Shown here piece by piece: positions 44,501 to 54,524 of a stretch of DNA of 64,000 bases; positions within the stretch are counted from its first letter, which is position 1, and each line of letters begins with the position of its first letter. Made by a program: the position numbers and the translations under genes. A model generated the notes under the pieces. That model did not search any database and had not been told where the DNA came from. It was given only the letters and a program-made list of their open reading frames with translations. Origin of the DNA: Cyanidioschyzon merolae (lineage: Eukaryota); NCBI GenBank assembly GCA_000091205.1, contig AP006500.2, one strand, 5' to 3'.

Positions 44501-46979
44501 CTTGCATCCCCGGCAAATCATTCAAGGCGTGCGCGTACTGCTCCAGCGCTGCGTCGTTGTTCCTGGCGACGATGAGCTCTCCCGCGAGGCCCAGCGGAAC
44601 GCAGTACTGCTCTTTGCGGCCCACGTGCGGGCAGAGCTCGCCACGAAGCGTGTCCTGCAGATTCACCGGCTGAACAGCAAAGCTTTTGCCTGGCTTCTCG
44701 GCGAGATTGAGACGCGCTTTGTGCGAGCACGAGCAACACCTGGTGAAATGGTTGGCGCGGTTGCTGCCCAGTCGCTGGGTGAGCCTGCCACCCAGATGAC
44801 CCTGAACACATTTCATTTTGCGGGTGTGTCGGCAAAGAACGTCACCCTGGGAGTCCCGCGTCTCAAAGAGCTGATCAACGTAGCTCGTCAAGCGAAAACT
44901 CCATCTGTTACGGTGTATCTGAAGAGCGGCAAAGATAAGGAGCTGGCGAATATTGTGCAGAGTGAGCTAGAGCAGTGCCGACTCCGCGACGTGGTCGAAA
45001 GCAGCGCCATCTACTTTGATCCGGATCCCGCGAACACCGTTGTGGAAGCGGATCGGGAATGGGTCCGCGACTACTTCGACTTGCCCGATGAGATGGACCG
45101 GCCCGAGCGCTTATCGCCTTGGCTTTTGCGCATCGTCCTGAGCACCGAGATGATGATTGACAAACGCCTGCGATTGAGCGATGTTGCTCGTCGTCTGCGG
45201 GCGGAGTTTGGTGGCGACCTCTCCGTTGTCTATTCGGATGACAATGCCGAGCAACTGGTGATGCACATTCGCATGGCCGGAGACGAGTACGAGAAAGGCG
45301 CGCTGGGCGTTCCGATTCTCGGCGAGTCGGAGCGCCTTGACGATACACTGAACCTACTGGGGCCTGGCGACATGACCGCGGGCGGGAACCAGTCGCTAGA
45401 GGCACTGGACTCGGGCACCGTTGAGGAGCAAGATGATGTTTTTCTGAAGCGTATTGAACTAGCGCTCCTAGAGGATATGCAGCTGAAAGGGATTCCAGGT
45501 ATTCGAAAGGTGTTCCTGCGTCAGACGCAACGTGTTCTCTTTGATCCCGAGGCAGGATCTTTTCGCAGTGCGCCTGAGTGGGTGCTAGATACCGAAGGGA
45601 CGGCGCTATTGGCGGTGCTTTCCCATCCGGATGTGGATGCGAGGCGCACGATTTCCAACGAGATTACCGAAGTGCTACAAGTGCTCGGGATTGAGGCTGC
45701 TCGGCAAGCGCTTTACAATGAGATGTACGCGGTGCTGAGTTTTGATGGATCCAGTGTTGGATACCGGCACTTGGCGTTGCTGGTCGAGGTGATGACCTGT
45801 CGCGGAATGCTCATACCTGTATCTCGATTCGGAATTAATCGACTCGAGACGGGACCATTGATGCGCTGCACTTTTGAAGAGACCGTCGAGATTCTCGCAA
45901 CCGCGGCGACCTTTGGCGTTCGTGATGCTTGTGAGGGTGTCTCGCAAGCGGTGATTCTGGGGCAACGAGCAAAAGTAGGCACCGGGGCCTTTTCACTAAC
46001 GCTCGACGAGTCTGTACTGAATCAGGCAGAAACGGAAACGAGCGTTGCTGCAGTGCGGGACGCCCACGTCGGCGGTGTCTTTGCGAAAGCCTATGCTGCA
46101 GCCGACGTGGATGCAGATCACTGGACACCAGCGTACACGCCAGGAGCAACGCCTGGGATGGCCAGCGACGGCTTCGCAGCGCCCTGGACTCCGAGTTTGA
46201 ACCTCGCGAGTCCGTACGGTTCATTTTCCCCAGCCGTTGGCTTTAGCCCAGCAACGAGCACATATGTCGGTGGTGATGCGATGAAGGATGCCGGTCGGTA
46301 TGGGCTCGGTGGAACCTCACCCTTTGCGAGCTTCTCCGCTAGTGCGACGACTCCGAATTGGGCTCCGAGTCCCGCGGGGGGCGGGACCGGTACGTTGGGC
46401 GCATTTTCGCCATCGAGTCCCGCCTATTCGCCAACGAGTCCTCGTTTGGTGTCGCCGACGAGCCCTGCATACTCACCAACAAGTCCTGCGTATTCGCCGA
46501 CGAGCCCTGCATACTCACCAACAAGTCCTGCGTATTCGCCGACGAGCCCTGCATACTCACCAACAAGTCCTGCGTATTCGCCGACGAGCCCTGCGTATTC
46601 GCCTTCATCACCGAATGTTGCATATTCGCCTTCATCACCGAATGTTGCCTATTCACCTTCTTCACCGAATGTTGCCTATTCACCTTCTTCACCGAATGTT
46701 GCATATTCACCTTCTTCACCGAATGTTGCATATTCGCCCTCATCACCGAATGTTGCATATTCGCCCTCATCACCGAACGTTGCGTACTCGCCTTCTTCAC
46801 CGAATGTTGCATACTCGCCCTCATCACCGAATGTAGCGTATTCACCTTCTTCACCGGTTGCATATTCACCCTCTTCACCGAACGTTGCCTACTCACCCTC
46901 ATCACCGAATGTGGCATACTCGCCTTCGTCACCGGCGTTTTCACCATCGTCACCTGTATATTCTCCAAAAAACAAATAG
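41520..46979 (+). CDS. RPB1: DNA-directed RNA polymerase II largest subunit RPB1, with a C-terminal heptad/nonamer repeat domain. The start is taken at the Met of [10 protein letters not shown]. The track ORF opens 13 codons upstream.
   Basis: Zinc-binding [27 protein letters not shown]. The catalytic [14 protein letters not shown]. The bridge helix, trigger loop and C-terminal YSPTSPA repeats. It is a single 1.8k-aa ORF. Confidence 0.95.
   Translation: [1819 protein letters not shown]
46440..46930 (+). repeat. Coding tandem repeats of the RPB1 CTD. A 42-bp unit, equal to two heptads with alternating codon usage, occurs about 4 times. A 27-bp unit encoding YSPSSPNVA occurs about 11 times.
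   Basis: tactcaccaacaagtcctgcgtattcgccgacgagccctgca repeats. tattcgccttcatcaccgaatgttgca repeats. Confidence 0.9.
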
Positions 46980-47371
46980 AGCTTGTTGTTTTTGTTTAAT
47001 CTTGGACAAGGTCCAGTACAAAAACCAAACTGCTCGATGGACTGCATCGAGTGGAACGATCTGCGATTCTTTAAAGCAATCGCTGAGGTATCCGGATAGG
47101 ACACCTTTAGGCGCTTCTGCGACACGGATTCCCTTTGCGATGCATGAACCTGAACTGCAGGGCATTTCAACTCCCAGACGGGCGACTGGGTCATGCACCA
47201 GAGACTAGAGACCTCACGGAAACACACACACACACAGAGTGTCGCGGTTCTCCAATCCTGAGCAAGCACCCGCTACGCACACGTCCTGATGCAGTCGGCA
47301 CTGGCTGGGGAGGATTTCGTGCCTTGTCGCCGCTGCATTGCAATCAACCGTTGTGAACGAAAGAAGCAACC

Positions 47372-47392
47372 GCTGCTGCTGCTGCTGCTGCT
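47372..47392. repeat. (GCT)7 microsatellite
   Basis: read directly. Confidence 0.9.
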
Positions 47393-47622
47393 ATGGTACA
47401 GCAGTGCCCGCCTTGCATTCTACATCGCCAATGCGGCATACCCGGTACCCTTTCGCGATCCACAAGCTCGTACAGATACGAAAACCCACAACGCAGGCGC
47501 ATTCATGTCTATCACAGCGCATCGGTGCGTTGTGGCTTGCCTCGAGTCGCCGCTGTCAGTGTTTTGTCGACACACCCTCTGGCCACGGAGGCATAGAGCG
47601 ATTCTGCGGATCAGCGAAATCC

Positions 47623-48987
47623 TCACACAAGAGCCTCCAGACGATTCCCCAGTTTCGCCAGGTGCACGTAGGCATCCGTTCCAAAGCCCTCCATGGAAGC
47701 AATGCTCAATTCGCCTCCAAAATAACGCGCATAGAGCCGAGATAGCGGCAGACCGTAGCCGAAGCCGGCTAGCGGGTCCATGGAAGCTCCTCGCGCACCG
47801 TGTACATGACTCCCAGGTCCATATTCGGGTTGGATCAGCGCCTCTGGGGGTACTGTTGCCGTTGTGAACATGTAAGTCCAAATTTTGGGTAAACTGGAAC
47901 GCGAAATGCCGCCTCCCTCGTCGGCGATCTTCAGCGTCACATCCTCATATCCATCCGCAATAATCACCTTGATCGGCGGAAAGCTTTCCCGTCCCATATG
48001 ATGCTCCATGGTTGCTCGGATGGAGTTTTTGAGCAACTCGAACAGCACATGATAGAGATGCCCCTCAATGTATGGGAACTCCAGGTCGGTTTTCCCCAGG
48101 ATAACCACCTCGGGCGGCTCTTCACCGTAGTGTCGATAGGCTAGTGCTCGCGCTGCATCCGCCGCATCCGCTGCAACGTGCGCTGGTCGACAACGTATGT
48201 GAATAATGCCCACGTATCCCTGGCGCGATCGCTCCAGAGACATACTGACTTGTTGAGAAATGAGCACGCGAATGCCTATCCTTGAAGTGTAGAAGCGATC
48301 AAGGAACGAGCTGATGTGAATGTCATCCGCGCCCATCCCACAGGATTGCTTCAGTTCGAGTACCCCGCACGCAATCTGTCGCACAACGTCAGAGTGCCGG
48401 TCTCGGATGCGACGCAGGAGCTCCGTAAAACGACGCTCCTCTTCACCTTCCCGTTCAGGCCGGGGATGCATGAGGATGTCGGCGAAGGAGTTCTCGTATA
48501 GTTCGCAAACGCGTTTCACGCTGCGCATCTCCGACAGACCGTATGGAAGCGACTGTAGTTCCACTACGCGGTGCGCCAGTCGAATGGCGAGCTCACGATG
48601 CATCAGTTGCGCCGCAAGCAGCAGCTTCTTCGGTGTCGGATGTCGACCAAACTCGAGCAGCTGTCGCAGCGACACTGGAGTCGCGCTGCGACGAGCGTAG
48701 CGCGGGATGAGTTCCAACGCCTCCTCCCTGCTCGAAGGCAGACGCAGAAGCAGCGGTTTCGCTTCCAGTGGCGTATACGCGACGTCTGGTTGACTCGGCG
48801 GGCATCCAGACGCGAGCCAACTGGGAATCGAGGGATCCTCCGCACTAGTTCTCAGGGAGGCGGCAGGTGCGAGCCGCTGTGCAGAGGTCCAGCCCCGCGT
48901 TGCTGACGGCCACAGCCCTGAGCCGAGTCTTAAAACGGCCCATGCCAGACCCTGCTTTCTCCAGATAGCCATAGAGAGATGAATCAA
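47623..48987 (-). CDS. PDK: Mitochondrial pyruvate dehydrogenase kinase / branched-chain ketoacid dehydrogenase kinase family (GHKL ATPase), with an N-terminal presequence-like region.
   Basis: N-terminal LIPRYARRSATPVSLRQLLEFG, matching the BCDHK/PDK N-domain. C-terminal HLYHVLFELLKNSIRAT...IKVIIADGYEDVTLKIADEGGGI...GFGYGLPLSRLYARYFGGELSIASMEGFGTDAYVHL, matching the HATPase_c N, G1 and G2 boxes. Confidence 0.85.
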   Translation of the reverse strand: MIHLSMAIWRKQGLAWAVLRLGSGLWPSATRGWTSAQRLAPAASLRTSAEDPSIPSWLASGCPPSQPDVAYTPLEAKPLLLRLPSSREEALELIPRYARRSATPVSLRQLLEFGRHPTPKKLLLAAQLMHRELAIRLAHRVVELQSLPYGLSEMRSVKRVCELYENSFADILMHPRPEREGEEERRFTELLRRIRDRHSDVVRQIACGVLELKQSCGMGADDIHISSFLDRFYTSRIGIRVLISQQVSMSLERSRQGYVGIIHIRCRPAHVAADAADAARALAYRHYGEEPPEVVILGKTDLEFPYIEGHLYHVLFELLKNSIRATMEHHMGRESFPPIKVIIADGYEDVTLKIADEGGGISRSSLPKIWTYMFTTATVPPEALIQPEYGPGSHVHGARGASMDPLAGFGYGLPLSRLYARYFGGELSIASMEGFGTDAYVHLAKLGNRLEALV

Positions 48988-49350
48988 GTCAAGTTAGTTG
49001 GATCGGATTGGCGCTGGAACTCCCACGCCCATACACACACACACACAGTGCCCAAGCTCGCATAGAACAGGTGACGCAGTTTGAGATCGGTTTCGCGAAC
49101 GAGCGGCAGGGCGTTGGTACCGCGGCGCCACGCGCTCGGGCAGGCCCTGATATTGGACGGCACGGAAATCATGCCTATTTTTGGTATAAATTGGATACAA
49201 ATGACATGCATGAACCCCACATTGCTGAACAGAATAGGACATACAGGATCGAAGCACTGCCAGATGCTTGGCAATCCCATGTCGCATTTTGGCGAGCGGG
49301 GCCACAACACTCGCGTCTGAGGATGTTAATTTCGGACGCTAGGTGTTCTT

Positions 49351-50151
49351 TTGCAGGCGACTGGTAACCGCACGAGCGTTCTATCCTGCGTGCTGTGTCA
49401 GCTCCAGCGTAAGCGTTCCTGCTCGTCTTGGGGTCTTTCCAAGGAAACGCTACCTCTGGAGAAAGCTCGGCTCGAGTTTTGCGTGCGCATGTCGGAACAC
49501 GGAGCAGAGCACGGGAGCCAGGGCGCCGCAGCCCCAGAAACACAACGCAGCATTTCTGGGCGTTTGCTGGGCCTTCGCTTTATGCAACGAGCGCTGGAAC
49601 GAACACAGCCTGAGCACCGGGATCATCTGCGCACTACGGGAACGCTACCTCATCAAACTTCGGGCAAAGCACGGCACTCAGTTGAAAAGAAAGCACAACA
49701 GCCAGCGAACGAGGAGCGAAGGCTCCTTGTTGTGTGTGATTACGAGTACAGTGTAGCTGCTGAGGACCTGAAGCTGAGTCAATATGCCACAGCTCGACAG
49801 CGTTACGGCTTCGAGACAACAGCGGTTTTTTTTGAAGAAGAAGCGACGACCGGTCTGGTGCTAGCTCGCACCGAGTCTTCGCCCAACAACGTCGATGAAA
49901 CCTTGCGGCAGGCACCGGGGTCGACACCTCGGCACCCCGATACGCGTCACGGAGACGAGCGCTTCCGCGAACTAGCCCATGATGGCCGCGCTCGACGGCG
50001 GCTAGATGGTTCGCGTGTGGCAAAGCGTTCCGCACCGTCTTCGCTCGCCGAAGCGTCGTTCTGCAGCGTCCGTGGACACCAGCGGAAACCGTGTCGTTTC
50101 TCAAAGTTGACCAGGTCGTCGCAACAAGGAGCAACTACGCGAAGACGCTAG
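49351..50151 (+). CDS. Hypothetical protein of low complexity
   Basis: 266-aa ORF with no recognised motif. May be non-coding. Confidence 0.15.
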   Translation: MQATGNRTSVLSCVLCQLQRKRSCSSWGLSKETLPLEKARLEFCVRMSEHGAEHGSQGAAAPETQRSISGRLLGLRFMQRALERTQPEHRDHLRTTGTLPHQTSGKARHSVEKKAQQPANEERRLLVVCDYEYSVAAEDLKLSQYATARQRYGFETTAVFFEEEATTGLVLARTESSPNNVDETLRQAPGSTPRHPDTRHGDERFRELAHDGRARRRLDGSRVAKRSAPSSLAEASFCSVRGHQRKPCRFSKLTRSSQQGATTRRR

Positions 50152-53088
50152 CGAAATGGCTGACTCCCGACCTGAAATGGAGGATACACCAATGACCCGG
50201 GATTGATGGAGCACACTCGACGATGCCGCTTACCTGCGCCTAGATTTGAACACTTGTGCAGCCATCGACTGTGTCACTTGACTTCAGCAAGGTGATTCGG
50301 GATCAAATTCCAGTGATTCGGATTCATTGTTGCCACTTATCTGCGTCCCGCGTTCCGTACTCCTGCGGATACGGACAGCGTTCCGTACTCCTGCGGATAC
50401 GGACAGCGTTCCTCGGCGCTCCTCCAAAGTATACGTGGAGAATCGAGCTGCCAGCGATCCAGCTGCCTTACAACCAGCACCGTCCAGAGAGACACGAGGA
50501 CTGCAAGATGCCTTGGTGCGGTGCGTCATCGACTTGGCCGATGGAGACGTTTGCCGTGCCGCTTGTCTCGTAACGAGTATTATCGGATAATGGATCATCA
50601 TTGCCGTCTACCAACTGTGCTGCAAAATCATTTTATCCGCCTATCCGCGGCACGTCAGCCTCTCCGTATTGCTGAACCGCACCATAGCTGTGGCCTGCTC
50701 CGGGCGAGAATCCAGTTGCCTCTCTCGTAGACACTGATTTTTTCATTGAAAGTATTCAGCGTTACAGCACAGTGCCCAGACTGAGTAGTGCATAATAGCT
50801 TCAAAAAAGCGCATGACACAAAGCCGCTGGACACACTCTCGGAGCACGTGATGACCTATACGGATGCTCATCGAGGCGTTCAATACTCGGTGCAGAGGGT
50901 GCTTGCATGCATTTTTGCCGGCGGCGTTACACCATCGCAAGCCTCTCACGTTCGACTGCTGCGCCAGTTGACGTTGAGTTCGCATAACGTACTCCATCTG
51001 GTACATATGTCTGTGTCCAATGCTCTTCTTTTCATCCTGTTTGAGCGTGCAACCGCGCTTGTGATGCGTTTACGTCGTCGTGAAGGCATCCACGAGAATC
51101 ACGCTGAATCGAATCCTCCGCACGTTCAACGCCCACGTCGACGGAGCGTGCGTGCAACTTTTACGTGTTACAGCGTATCCAACTCCATCGGCTACCGCCA
51201 CTAAACGACACGAGTTGTCTGTTACTTAGTTTTCCAACTCATTGAACAAATTGTCAAATGCAAGCTTTTTGTGCGCGTTAGACCGGAACAGCTGGTGATC
51301 CTGGCACGGTCTCATGCACTCCTGCCAAGATCGCTGACTTGAGCCACATTGATGCCCGCGTACCGTCTGAATGAGGCGTGCGGAGCTTTCTGCTCCGCTC
51401 GATGCAGAACTCAGAGCGTCGAGACGGATCCCCGTGATGTTCGTCCACTTGTTGGCATGCCTTCTGGCGTCCATGATGCCGCGTACTCAACCATTCGGAG
51501 CCCTGGGAAAATTGAGCGGTTTGATGGGCTTTCCGTTCAGGCCTTTAACGCGGTGCTTTTGATTGGTAGAGGTACGGCGACGGCCTTGACGGGTTTCAAC
51601 CCCGGATCCAGGCCCGTGATGACGGCTTCTACTTCGTCTGGATTGAACGTTTCAATACGGGCGTCGCTGCTCGACACACCTTTCGGTATCATCATGTGCA
51701 TGCTGCGTGAGATTCCGTTGGTCTGCATTGTCCCTGCAAAATGCTTTCAATGTCCACTTTATATATGAGAGATCTTGAATGAGATGCCCCAACGCTCTCT
51801 GCGAAGCTCATCGCGTCATGCAAAGCTCCTCGCAGAGACCAGCCGTTGCTTATTGCATAGCGAATATTCCACAAAGGTGTCTACAGTTATATCACGGGTC
51901 ATGTGCTGAAATACTGGAACCACATCTTATTGGATATTGAGGATGCTAGGGCGCTCGGCTTCGACGTGCGCGTCTGCTTTGTTCTGAGCCGGCAGGCTCT
52001 GTTCTGAAAAACGTGTCGCAAATTGCGAACAAGTCAGCGATCACATTCCAGGCGTTTTTGCTAGACGAGCTTCACTGGCCGCAGACCGAAACCGCGGCTA
52101 TAAGCTTGGACGTTCCGGGGTGACACTCGTTCTCGTTGCGACTTCGCTTCGGAAGTCGCAGTCAACTCGAGCGCTTTGATCACCACGAGCTCGTCCCTGG
52201 CCTCCTTCGACACTGCGAAAGATCCAATTCACCAGTCGCAGCTTTTATTTGGTCTTGTGAGGTTATAACGGCCACAAATTGCGCGATGTGCGCCCCATGA
52301 AGCGCTCGACATTGACTCGCATCTGATTTCTGAGGTTCCTTTGATACGTTTTTGACAATCGTACAGCACAGCAGAGCTTTTCCGATCGCCGATATCGTGT
52401 GGCGCCCCCGGAAAGCATCCTGGGAATCGTGTATAGGAATTTGTGATGCAATGCTCAGAACTTGTTGCATCATGTCTCCGGAGCATCAGTTTTGTTGTTG
52501 CACGAATGTTGGATCACAATATTCTTGAGCAACTTGGACATCTGGTGGCCCTGCTCTCGGAACGCCAAAGAATAGCAGCATGACGATTGCGTCAAGCCGA
52601 GTGATGCTGGGCGAGAGACAATCGCGTAGGAGGCTTCGCGACACCACATGCCGTCCTGCATCTCACATTTCGGAAGATGCTCCCTACTGATATCTATTCG
52701 TTGAGAAGCAGTGATTATGGTTTCAGAATGATGTATCCTGGATGACACATTTCCATTCCAGACCCGTCTCATTCTCCTTTTGAGAGAATCTTTCTTCTTT
52801 TTGTCAAGTTTTATTTTCTCCGTCTTCACTTTCACCTTACCATGGTGTTCTGGTATGAAAGTAGTCACTATACTTTATATCCGTCTTGTGTCCTCGGGAC
52901 TCAGACGTACTGGGCGGACGTTGACACCGAAGCCTACCTTTTCTGTCCGTGTATAGATCTACTTTTGCTCAGGAAGTTTTACGTCACCTTTTGCGTCGCG
53001 AGCATGCCCAAAAACCGATGCACGGCTTGCCGGTCCGTCCTCCGTGCGACCAGAGGAGCTACACATCATTCCAGGGCTGATGAAGGTA

Positions 53089-53245
53089 GCGACCGACTTG
53101 TCGAAGAACGGTGCCCCGGATGCGAACGACTCCACTACTGATCCGTCTATGGAAAAAACGCGTTTCCCGTGGAAAAGCGACCGACTTGTCGAAGAACGGT
53201 GCCCCGGATGCGAACGACTCCGCTGTTGATCCGTCTATGGAAAAA
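53089..53245. repeat. Tandem duplication of about 78 bp, 2 units
   Basis: gcgaccgacttgtcgaagaacggtgccccggatgcgaacgactcc.ct..tgatccgtctatggaaaaa.cg.tttc occurs twice in succession. Confidence 0.85.
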
Positions 53246-54524
53246 GGCGTTTCACATGGAAACGAAAGCCTTCAACTGGATTGAACCATAGCGACCAGGC
53301 TGGCACGAAGCACCACTGCTCGCCCGATCTCGGCTGCGTACTCCATGACCGCGTTGGAGTCACGGAGAACGAAGATGTGGAAGAGCTGGGTAGAAGAATG
53401 TGGGTACCAGAACCCACGATGATTACCTCAACGAAGCCTGGGCTGTTGAACGATCCTGTCCGATTCGCAGTTTTTCGGCACCTGCAAGAAACAATTGTCG
53501 CTAAGGCGGATGCTGCCAGAATGCGCACTCGTCTCGTCTTTACGAACAGCAGCTTATCTCTCTTTGAATCACCATGTACAGGTCTACCACTTCACACGAT
53601 TAAAGTCGCATCACGGAAGACGAACACCCGTTTCTCCTGTAACAAGCGTTCGCGCTTCCGTGTCCAATCGACAGTATGGTGGTCACCGAGCAACGGTCTC
53701 CCATACAAGCGCGCTTTTTATTTTTTTTATCCGTCTCTCTTCATCGCTGTCGGTATCAACGGTACGGAAGCTTCGCATCCTATTGCTTCTTCAGAAATAT
53801 TTGGTAGAGAACGTATGGAATGGATTTAATTGACGAGGAAACACTTGTGCAGAAATTGTTCGACGAATTCTGGTTTACAGACACGATATGCAGCTTACGG
53901 AGAACGATGACAATGGTTCATCCACCTGCTGACCGTAGAAGGAAGGTATTGTGGACATCAACAGGTTTCTAGCAAGTTACCACCAAAAGCACCGATTATC
54001 TCCGCGTCCTCTATCTGCATGCTACATCATACATTCCTTTTGTTGACTACCTGCAATACATCGAAGTGAAACCAAATTCACACACTGATGCACGAGTTCC
54101 AGAGTGCGCTGCTCTGAGCATGACGCCCACCATGCCGTGGCAAACATAATTCTAGGACAAGACACACCGCAGGCATCCTCGAAGCTCGCGAGGCTCAACC
54201 GGGTTCCCCGCTCGCAGGCAAAAACGAACCGCAGATGCGCCCCCTGCGCTCAGGAGGTGTGGCGCCCGCTCATCGTTCCTTGTTGCACGCTACCGTATCT
54301 GGCTCGTCAGCGCAAACTTGTCGGTAAAATATCCTGAACTTTCGCCAGAATGCTGCAGAGATGCTTCAGGCAATGAACAGGTCGGAGGATCCACCAGACA
54401 CGACGTCATCGTGACGACGGGCAGCGTGCCTGTGTGGGTTCTGCAGCGCAGGCGCACCAGCGACCAACATTGTTTTCAATTCTGCAAGTGTGTTTACAAG
54501 CGAGGAATCAAAGCATTTGGATGG

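Noticed and set aside
11651-48987. Apparent cluster of nuclear-encoded mitochondrial proteins: Tim9-like, Tim44-like-domain protein, NDUFAF7-like and PDK
   Set aside because: The genes are separated by unrelated genes (VPS41-like, RPB1, RWD and others). Mitochondrial proteins are a large fraction of any proteome. The pattern is most likely chance rather than a functional cluster.
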